A DNA stretch of 41,872 nucleotides, taken from the IMG/VR virus record IMGVR_UViG_3300030606_000018, positions 1 through 41,872 of that record, one strand, 5' to 3'. The notes beneath the pieces were generated by a model, which searched no databases, was not told the DNA's origin, and saw only the letters and a program-made list of their open reading frames with translations. Position numbers and translations under genes: made by a program. The DNA comes from a virus. Lineage: Duplodnaviria > Caudoviricetes. Below are positions 35,692-41,872 of the stretch, in pieces; the first letter of the stretch is position 1, and the number at the start of each line of letters is the position of its first letter.

Positions 35692-36242
35692 GTGATTCAG
35701 TTCCTTTCATCCCGTTCCCGAAGCTGCCTCGTCTCTGCCGAGACGTCATCGTGACCGAGAAGCTGGACGGGACCAACGCCCAGATTCTCGTGACCGAGGA
35801 CGGTCGCGTTCTCGCCGGCAGCCGGAAGCGGTGGATTACGCCCGAGGCCGATAACTTCGGGTTTGCCACCTGGGTCCGCGACCACGAGGACGAGCTACGA
35901 GGCCTCGGGCCGGGCTGTCACTTCGGGGAATGGTGGGGGCCGGGCATCCAACGTGGCTATGGCTTGGCCCAGCGCCGATTCTCGCTGTTCAACGTTCAGC
36001 GGTGGCGCCTCGCATCCGAGCGGCCCGCGTGCTGCGACGTCGTCCCGATCCTGTACGAGGGACCGTTTGGCATGGCCTGCGTCGAGTCGGCCCTGGAGTC
36101 GCTTCGTCTGCTGGGCAGCGTGGCCTCGCCGGGCTTCATGCGGCCCGAGGGGGTCGTCGTCTACCACACGGCCGCCAACATCGCCTTCAAGCGGACCCTC
36201 GAGAAAGACGAGTCGCCCAAGAGTCTTCGAGGTGCAGCGTGA
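35688..36242 (+). CDS. RNA ligase (Rnl2-like adenylyltransferase domain)
   Basis: TEKLDGTNA, GSR, GEWWG.GIQ, EGVVV, FK motifs. Confidence 0.85.
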   Translation: MSDSVPFIPFPKLPRLCRDVIVTEKLDGTNAQILVTEDGRVLAGSRKRWITPEADNFGFATWVRDHEDELRGLGPGCHFGEWWGPGIQRGYGLAQRRFSLFNVQRWRLASERPACCDVVPILYEGPFGMACVESALESLRLLGSVASPGFMRPEGVVVYHTAANIAFKRTLEKDESPKSLRGAA

Positions 36243-36631
36243 GCCGGGGTCAGGGACAAGGCTGGATTGGTTGCGATTTTGATGGCACGCTTGCCCGCTG
36301 GGAGTCGTGGGGCGGGCCGACTGAGCTGGGCGAGCCTGTGCCGCGCATGGTCAACCGCGTCCGAGCGTGGCTCGATCAGGGCCGCGACGTCCGAATCATG
36401 ACGGCGCGCGCGAACCCGAAGTACCCCGAGGCGTCCGTGGCCGTGCCGGCTATCCGTCGCTGGTGCCTCGCGCACGTGGGCCGTGTACTGCCTGTGACCT
36501 GGGAAAAGGACTACGAGATGGCCGAGCTGTGGGACGACCGGGCAGTCGGGGTCGTGCCGAATATCGGCCTGTCGCACCCGGAGCTTTTTCAGGCGCACCT
36601 GGCCGTCTGCCCGGCCGAGGTGTCGCCATGA
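36239..36631 (+). CDS. HAD phosphatase (PNK 3'-phosphatase-like)
   Basis: CDFDGTLA, MTAR, K...WDDRA; GTGA overlap with ligase. Confidence 0.82.
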   Translation: MSRGQGQGWIGCDFDGTLARWESWGGPTELGEPVPRMVNRVRAWLDQGRDVRIMTARANPKYPEASVAVPAIRRWCLAHVGRVLPVTWEKDYEMAELWDDRAVGVVPNIGLSHPELFQAHLAVCPAEVSP

Positions 36632-36822
36632 CCATCGCTATCGGCGGGTGGGTCTTGATGGCCCTGGCAGCCGGCCACGGCGCCGACGTCGGCCCGAGGA
36701 CACTGGATGACACGATTCGGAACGGCCGCGTCGTTCGCGGATTCGACACCGCCTCAGACTGCGAGAAGGCCCGTCAGACCGGGCAAGTCTGTGTGCCGGC
36801 CTTGGCGCTGGTGAACCGATGA
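36628..36822 (+). CDS. Small secreted/membrane protein
   Basis: Hydrophobic N-terminus, two Cys, GAGG RBS. Confidence 0.5.
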   Translation: MTIAIGGWVLMALAAGHGADVGPRTLDDTIRNGRVVRGFDTASDCEKARQTGQVCVPALALVNR

Positions 36823-36877
36823 CTGAGCGTGGGGCCATCTACACGCGGGTCGATCGCCCCTTGCAAGCAGTCCAGAC

Positions 36878-37048
36878 ATGACGCTGTCGGTGCTAGACCG
36901 CATCGTGTGGCTCCAGTCCGGGGGCCGCCGGTCCCTGGACCTGGCCGGCACGCAGGACGGGGTCTATCGAGCGGTCCGCATCTACCTAGACACGGTCGAC
37001 CTGCGCCTCCTGCGCGAGGCCCTAGACGAGCTGGAGAAAGACGCATGA
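36878..37048 (+). CDS. Small hypothetical protein (not in ORF track)
   Basis: ATGA overlaps at both ends. Confidence 0.45.
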   Translation: MTLSVLDRIVWLQSGGRRSLDLAGTQDGVYRAVRIYLDTVDLRLLREALDELEKDA

Positions 37049-37263
37049 AGAGAGACAAGAGAACGATCGAGCGCGTGTTCACCGTCCGGGCCGACCCGTC
37101 TCCTGGGGACTGCGGGCACGTAGTGCTTCGCCTCCTAGGCAAGAACACCTCGGGCCGGTTTGTCGAGACGTCTGTGCGGCTGGGGCCGTGGTACGCGAAG
37201 CTGCTGGTTCGGCGCCTGCGCGAGGCCGGCGAGTCGTGTCGTCTGGCGTGGGAAGGAATCTGA
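37045..37263 (+). CDS. Hypothetical protein
   Basis: GGAG RBS, coupled to neighbours. Confidence 0.5.
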   Translation: MKRDKRTIERVFTVRADPSPGDCGHVVLRLLGKNTSGRFVETSVRLGPWYAKLLVRRLREAGESCRLAWEGI

Positions 37264-37565
37264 TGGCTCGGCAGGCCCGCCCGCCCCTGGTCGAATTGAC
37301 CTGGCGCGACGCCTTTGTCCAGACGGAGGAAGTCGACCTGGACACGATCATGGCCGAGTACCACCCCCTCGAGCGGCACACCTCGGGCTACCTGATCTAC
37401 CCGCTGACCGACGAGCAGGAGGAGGCTGAGCGAGCGCTAGGTCCTATGGGCCGGCTCCTCATGTCACAGGACTACGACCCACCTAAGGGCTTCGCCACCG
37501 TGACATGCATCCCCTTCAACATGGTGACGAAGATTCGTCGTCGCCGGACCAGGAAGAAAGCATGA
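37263..37565 (+). CDS. Hypothetical phage protein (WxDA...IP..MV type)
   Basis: VELTWRDA, TSGYLI, IPFNMVTKI. Confidence 0.6.
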   Translation: MARQARPPLVELTWRDAFVQTEEVDLDTIMAEYHPLERHTSGYLIYPLTDEQEEAERALGPMGRLLMSQDYDPPKGFATVTCIPFNMVTKIRRRRTRKKA

Positions 37566-37780
37566 TCGACGCCCTGGGGCACCTGGCCTACCTGTTCTTG
37601 TTCGCGGGCATGTTCTTGCTGGCGCGAGGGCACCGATCAGGCTGGCTCTTGCGGATCGTGGGCTCGCTCATGTGGGCTGCCCTCGGTTTCCCGCTGGCTA
37701 TGACGAGCATCATCCTGTGGGATTTGGCCGGCGCCGGCATCGACACCTACGGCTACTTCAACTGGAGGACCACGAAGTGA
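37562..37780 (+). CDS. Small three-helix membrane protein (PnuC-half-like)
   Basis: Three hydrophobic segments; GWLL and YGYFNW motifs. Confidence 0.6.
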   Translation: MIDALGHLAYLFLFAGMFLLARGHRSGWLLRIVGSLMWAALGFPLAMTSIILWDLAGAGIDTYGYFNWRTTK

Positions 37781-38370
37781 GAACGTTCGAAGGCGGGGCG
37801 ACCCGCGACCAAGACCGGGGCAAGCTCGACTACGAAGGCTTCTTGTCGCCCCTCGTGCTCGAACGGTTCGCCCGGTACATGAATCGGCACCGGGAGACGG
37901 CCGTCGGCGAGCGAGCGAGCGATAACTGGCAGCGTGGCATCCCCCGAGACGTCTACATGAAAAGCCTCTGGCGGCACTTCGTCGATGCGTGGAAGGGACA
38001 CCGCGGCTGGCCGTGCGGCGTCTCCCTCGAGGAGGCACTGTGCGCCGTCCTGTTCAACGCCCAGGGCTACCTGCACGAGCTGCTGGCTTCGCAAGCTGGC
38101 AAGCCCGAGCAAGCCACGGAGGAGGCCGAGTCGACGGTGCGGTCGTGGAAGGTCCCCCTCGAGGAGCCTGAGCCCGAGTCTGGGCCCGAGTCCGAGGATT
38201 TGGATCGGCTCAGCACGAAGAACCGGCACGTAGTCCGAGACCACTTCGACCCGTTCGCGCCCCGCCGCGTTCTGCTGCCCACACCCAGCGTTCCTAAGAC
38301 GCCTGAGCCACCTGAAGCGCCCGACCCGGACGACACATTCCCCGGAGACTTGCGGCGTCTCGATGGCTGA
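37777..38370 (+). CDS. dATP/dGTP diphosphohydrolase-like protein (DUF5664 type)
   Basis: RTFEGGATRD..GKLDY, DNWQRGIP, SLWRH, AVLFNA; acidic/Pro tail. Confidence 0.78.
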   Translation: MRTFEGGATRDQDRGKLDYEGFLSPLVLERFARYMNRHRETAVGERASDNWQRGIPRDVYMKSLWRHFVDAWKGHRGWPCGVSLEEALCAVLFNAQGYLHELLASQAGKPEQATEEAESTVRSWKVPLEEPEPESGPESEDLDRLSTKNRHVVRDHFDPFAPRRVLLPTPSVPKTPEPPEAPDPDDTFPGDLRRLDG

Positions 38371-38698
38371 CGCCGAGCGGTTCTATCGGATCGGCCTGGC
38401 CACTCGGGCCCGATCTATCGCTCTTCGTGCCTGGCACAGGTCCGACGGCTCTGTGTACGACCCGATGGACCTGGTCCAGACGTGCCTCCTGAAGGCGTGG
38501 GAAGTCTACGTTGCAAACGAAGGCCTGTCGGACGAGCGGCTGCAACGCCTCGTGGCCGTCTCATGTCGGAACCGAGCACGTGACCACCAGCGCAGGCAAG
38601 GCCGTCGCCGCCGGTTCCACGCCGACGAGTCGGCCGACGACGTCCTGCGCCGGCTCGGCCTGCTTGGCGACTTCGAAGATGACTCGGAGGACGAGTAG
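38363..38698 (+). CDS. Sigma70/ECF region-2-only protein
   Basis: DLVQTCLLKAW...CRNRARDHQRR; ends in an acidic tail with no region-4 HTH. Confidence 0.7.
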   Translation: MADAERFYRIGLATRARSIALRAWHRSDGSVYDPMDLVQTCLLKAWEVYVANEGLSDERLQRLVAVSCRNRARDHQRRQGRRRRFHADESADDVLRRLGLLGDFEDDSEDE

Positions 38699-39078
38699 TG
38701 GGTGCCGGAGCGTGTTGGGAGTGGGAAGGCAGCCGGTTTCCGTCTGGGTACGGGCGCCTCAAGCGAATGAGGGCGCACCGGGCTGTTTGGGAGGCGGTTT
38801 ACGGTCCCATCCCGGCGGGGCTCTGTGTCCTGCATCGGTGTGACAACCCGCCGTGTGTTCGCCCCGATCATCTGCGTTTGGGGACGCAGGCTGACAACAT
38901 GCGTGACCGCGCCTCTAAGGGACGTCACCCCAGCCAGAAGAAGACGGCGTGCCCCAAGGGGCATGCGTACACCGTTGCCAACACCTACCTGGACACGGCG
39001 GGCCGTCGTCGCTGCCGAACGTGCCTCATGACTAAGCAGCGGCAGTACCGCGAGAAGAAGAGGCGGACATGCTTGTAA
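38698..39078 (+). CDS. HNH endonuclease
   Basis: CWEWEG, AHR, VLHRCDNPPCVRPDHL..GT..DN, CPKGH, CRTC. Confidence 0.92.
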   Translation: MGAGACWEWEGSRFPSGYGRLKRMRAHRAVWEAVYGPIPAGLCVLHRCDNPPCVRPDHLRLGTQADNMRDRASKGRHPSQKKTACPKGHAYTVANTYLDTAGRRRCRTCLMTKQRQYREKKRRTCL

Positions 39079-40214
39079 TAGACGCGGATTGTCACCTCAT
39101 CGAATCACCGGACCTGTGGTCTGACCTGGGCATAGACGGGGTTGGCTGGAACGGCCTTTCTATCCAGGGCCGCCTTGTTCCCAAGGCTCCGGCCCAAGTC
39201 GACCCGAGCCAGTATGAGACGGGCCTGGCCCGAGTGTACCGTCAGGCGCACCGAGACGGCTGGTCCTGTGCAGCATACGAGACGATGCTGGACGAGGAAG
39301 GCATTGACCGGGCCGTCCTGTTCCCCACCCGCGCCTTGGGGCTCCTGGGGACGCACGTTCCCCGCGATCTACTCAGGCGGGCCATCGCGCGTTACACGTT
39401 TCGCGCTCGCCTGTTCACCGAGGGTTCGCGGCGCCTGTTCCCGGTCGGACTGCTCTCTCGAGAGTACCCGGACCTGGGGCCGGAGTGCGTCCAGTGGGCT
39501 TGGGCGTGCGGGTTCGCCGCGGTCGTCACGAGGCCGAACCCGGTCGGGCTCGCCCCGGCCCTAGACTCGCCGGCCTACGAGGAGACGTGGGCCGAGGCCG
39601 CTCGCCTCGGGCTGCCTGTCATCTTCCACGAGGGGACCGGCGCCGATCGGTTCCTTGGGTCGGACCGGGCCACGTCGTACATGGCCCGACATGCCATGTC
39701 GCACCCGTTCGAGATGATGGCCGCCAGCCAGCAATTGATTCTGGGTGGAGTACTCGAGCGGCATCCGCGGCTGCGCCTGGGCTTCTTCGAGGCCGGGGCC
39801 GGCTGGGTTCCGTACTGGCTGGACCGGCTGGACGGGCACGCCTCGAGCATCTTGGGCCGCGAGTACACGCTGCCGCTTCTCCCCTCGCTCTACTTCTTGC
39901 GGCAGTGCGCTGTGACCCTCGATGCCGGCGAAGCGGACCCGGACACTCGGCCAAGCCTCCGAGCCATGTTCGCCTCCGACTTGCCCCACGGCGACTCGGC
40001 CTTCCCTCACGCGCGACGGCTGACCAGCCGCGCCAACCACGGCCGCCTCGACGTGATGGGCGGCCGAGCCAAGGAGTTCTTCTCGTGGACCTTCGAGACT
40101 CATGGAGGCGTGCCCTGCACTTCCTCTATTCGCACGGCAACCACAGCACCGCCATCAGCACCCTCATCTTCGACGCCTTCACCTGGAAGTCTGGAGGTAG
40201 AGGCGTATGCCTGA
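39069..40214 (+). CDS. Amidohydrolase_2-family metalloenzyme
   Basis: VIDADCH, EEGIDRAVLFPT, FHEG, HPFE, FEAGAGW, FASDLPHGD. Confidence 0.88.
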   Translation: MLVIDADCHLIESPDLWSDLGIDGVGWNGLSIQGRLVPKAPAQVDPSQYETGLARVYRQAHRDGWSCAAYETMLDEEGIDRAVLFPTRALGLLGTHVPRDLLRRAIARYTFRARLFTEGSRRLFPVGLLSREYPDLGPECVQWAWACGFAAVVTRPNPVGLAPALDSPAYEETWAEAARLGLPVIFHEGTGADRFLGSDRATSYMARHAMSHPFEMMAASQQLILGGVLERHPRLRLGFFEAGAGWVPYWLDRLDGHASSILGREYTLPLLPSLYFLRQCAVTLDAGEADPDTRPSLRAMFASDLPHGDSAFPHARRLTSRANHGRLDVMGGRAKEFFSWTFETHGGVPCTSSIRTATTAPPSAPSSSTPSPGSLEVEAYA

Positions 40215-40858
40215 TTCTCCCGCACCCGAACCGTGCGCGCGGGGCAGTGGGCGGCGTCATCGACCAGTGCGAGTCGTTCGCGGCGCACCTGGGCCTGCCT
40301 GAGACGATGATCGAGACCGGGCCGTACGAGGACGAGCTGACCGATGAGCTGAAAAAGCGGGAGTACCGGCCTCTGTACACGCTGCCCATCCACCGGATTC
40401 CGGTCGATGAGCTGGACCTGGAACCGTTGCCCGCGAACTTCGGGAGTCGGTTCGTCTGCCACGATCGAGGCGTGGCTGAGTTCGCCGCTCTCCAGGATCG
40501 CGCCTACGCCGAGAGCTACGCCTACCACTCAGGCTGTGCCGGCTCGTTCTTCTCACACCCGACGTCGCTCGTCGGTGCGGACGTCTCGGCCTGCCTCGTC
40601 TCGGACGAGTACCAGAACCCGGTCCGCGGCGGCCAGATTATCAGGGCGGGCGGCCGAGTCTGGGGCATGAGCGGGGCGGCCGACCCTCGCGTCCGAGGCC
40701 AGCACCTGGGCGACGAGGTGTGGCGCCGGCTCTTGGGGGCGGCCCAGATTTCCCACGGCGCCTTCGAGGTCTGGCATGCGACGATGCCCATCGCCATGCC
40801 CATCGCCACGCGGCATGCCCTCGAGGAAGTGGCCCGGTGGACCAGGTGGGCGCGATGA
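40085..40858 (+). CDS. GNAT-like acyltransferase (two-domain)
   Basis: AAGGAG RBS before GTG 40085; C-terminal DPRVRGQHLG resembles acetyl-CoA-binding motif A. Confidence 0.6.
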   Translation: MDLRDSWRRALHFLYSHGNHSTAISTLIFDAFTWKSGGRGVCLILPHPNRARGAVGGVIDQCESFAAHLGLPETMIETGPYEDELTDELKKREYRPLYTLPIHRIPVDELDLEPLPANFGSRFVCHDRGVAEFAALQDRAYAESYAYHSGCAGSFFSHPTSLVGADVSACLVSDEYQNPVRGGQIIRAGGRVWGMSGAADPRVRGQHLGDEVWRRLLGAAQISHGAFEVWHATMPIAMPIATRHALEEVARWTRWAR

Positions 40859-41037
40859 CAGGGCGCTTCTGTGACGCCATCTACGGGAAGGGCCTCGAGG
40901 TGGAATGGGTCACGCGGCGGTCGGAGTGGGTCGTCGGCCTGCACTTAGACCCGAGGGACTGGCCCCTCGGGCGTGAGGCACACGGCTGGCTGGGACCGCT
41001 GTACTGGTACCGAGACGAGCGGAGGCAGGAATGCTGA
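40855..41037 (+). CDS. Small Trp-rich hypothetical protein
   Basis: ATGA overlap. Confidence 0.45.
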   Translation: MTGRFCDAIYGKGLEVEWVTRRSEWVVGLHLDPRDWPLGREAHGWLGPLYWYRDERRQEC

Positions 41038-41150
41038 GCCGGTGTCCCAAGTGCCCGGTCGTCGCCGTCTACGTGCCCGGCATCGGCCTGGTCTTTCTCG
41101 GGACAGTCGAGGAGTGCCGGGCGAAGGCGGATAAGGCATGGCTGAACTAG
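41031..41150 (+). CDS. Small CxxC peptide
   Basis: GGAGG RBS; fills gap. Confidence 0.35.
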   Translation: MLSRCPKCPVVAVYVPGIGLVFLGTVEECRAKADKAWLN

Positions 41151-41722
41151 AGCCGCGGTGCCGAACAGAGGGGTGCGGGGTCGAGCTGGTGGTGGGGAAG
41201 AGCTGGTACCCTAGCCACCGCAAGTATAGCAGATATATATGTAGAGCGTGTTCCGGGAAGCTGGTTGTGGCTTGGCAGAGGGCTAATCCAGCCGCGCACA
41301 GGAAGCGTTCTCGGAAGCACACAAAACGTAATCCGGGCCGGGACGCGCGATGGAGACAAAACCATCCCCACACGGCCCAGGTGTCTTTTACGGTGGGGAA
41401 CGCCCGTAGAAGGGCCAGAGCGGCGGGCGTGCCCTTCAACCTGGATCAGTACCGGGTACCCCTGTTAGCGGCGCTGCGCCGGGGCTGCGCCGTAACGGGA
41501 ATGCCGTTCCTCTTCAGCTCCGGTCACGGGGTCGGTCGGCGGTACAATTCTCCCAGCCTGGACCGGATCGACCCAAAGAAGGGCTATGTCTGGGGGAACG
41601 TGCGCTGGGTCTGGCTGTCGGTGAACATGGCCGCCGGCCCGTGGGGGCTCGAGGTGGCCGAGCAGATCATGTCCCTGGTCCGCGACCACCGCGAGAAGGC
41701 GCTGCACGCGCACCTGAACTGA
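41138..41722 (+). CDS. His-Me-finger (HNH-like) endonuclease with N-terminal Zn finger
   Basis: CAVTG, SPSLDRID..KGY..GNVRWV...N. Confidence 0.75.
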   Translation: MAELEPRCRTEGCGVELVVGKSWYPSHRKYSRYICRACSGKLVVAWQRANPAAHRKRSRKHTKRNPGRDARWRQNHPHTAQVSFTVGNARRRARAAGVPFNLDQYRVPLLAALRRGCAVTGMPFLFSSGHGVGRRYNSPSLDRIDPKKGYVWGNVRWVWLSVNMAAGPWGLEVAEQIMSLVRDHREKALHAHLN

Positions 41723-41800
41723 CGGCTACAAACGCGCTACACCGAGCCGCAAGTGCGGAGAACGACAGCGCTTTTCTCCGCTCGCTGCCTTCCTAATCCG
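41679..41800 (+). repeat. Direct repeat copy 2 (attR context)
   Basis: Identical to 1-122. Confidence 0.97.
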
Positions 41801-41831
41801 GGGGTCGCGTGTTCGAATCACGCCGGGGGCA
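41790..41831 (+). tRNA. Displaced host 3' half of tRNA-Arg(CCT) at attR
   Basis: TTCCTAA-TCCGG-GGGTC-GCGTG-TTCGAAT-CACGC-CGGGGGC-A, followed by an imperfect hairpin (TGAACG...CGTTCA). Confidence 0.85.
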
Positions 41832-41872
41832 TGAACGAAACGGCGGCGCCCATCTCGTCCGTCGTTCAGCCC

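Larger units (their letters stand above)
1..41800. mobile_element. Complete temperate phage/prophage (podovirus-like), unit length 41,678 bp, integrating at tRNA-Arg(CCT)
   Basis: Integrase, terminase, portal, capsid, tail and replication modules lie between two att-like junctions; no tape-measure, sheath or tube genes recognised. Confidence 0.93.

Noticed and set aside
36819-36881. Serine recombinase remnant (MTERGAIYTRVD)
   Set aside because: Only 20 codons, lacks the catalytic Ser, and has no downstream continuation; may be chance.
37777-38370. Z-genome (2-aminoadenine) pathway
   Set aside because: No PurZ or DatZ homologue recognised; this diphosphohydrolase-like family alone is insufficient.
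39485-40084. N-terminal 200 aa of the 457-aa ORF
   Set aside because: Arg/Gly/Pro-rich shadow frame over the amidohydrolase; protein-like sequence begins at GTG 40085 after AAGGAG.

Overview
The window is one apparently complete, high-GC temperate dsDNA phage with a podovirus-like gene set and a unit length of 41,678 bp. Bases 1-122 are repeated exactly at 41679-41800, and the two copies run into two different 3' halves of a tRNA-Arg(CCT). The left copy reads as attP (followed by an IHF-like site, arm-like repeats and a tyrosine integrase). The right copy reads as attR (followed by about 70 bp of probable host DNA). The minus-strand arm (about 1700-23770) holds late genes: terminase, glycosyltransferase, portal, scaffold, GH108 endolysin, major capsid protein, adaptor, nozzle, fibre and three putative ejection proteins. 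The plus-strand arm (about 23870-41722) holds early, replication and accessory genes: a beta-clamp-like protein, RHH regulator, primase-helicase, exonuclease, DNA methyltransferase, SSB-like protein, Lar, family A polymerase, RNA ligase plus HAD phosphatase, dNTP diphosphohydrolase-like protein, a sigma region-2-only protein, HNH nucleases and an amidohydrolase-GNAT pair. The most interesting leads are: the amidohydrolase/GNAT pair; a sigma2-only protein with a two-domain clamp (possible T4-like clamp-coupled late transcription); an RHH/operator circuit with no recognisable CI; a cassette array joined by repeated RBS-stop/start junctions; a 71-codon all-NNC tract with a DGR-like signature but no reverse transcriptase; tRNA 3'-half replacement on integration; and strong CTCGAG enrichment. 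All product calls come from motif recognition by eye; no database searches were run.
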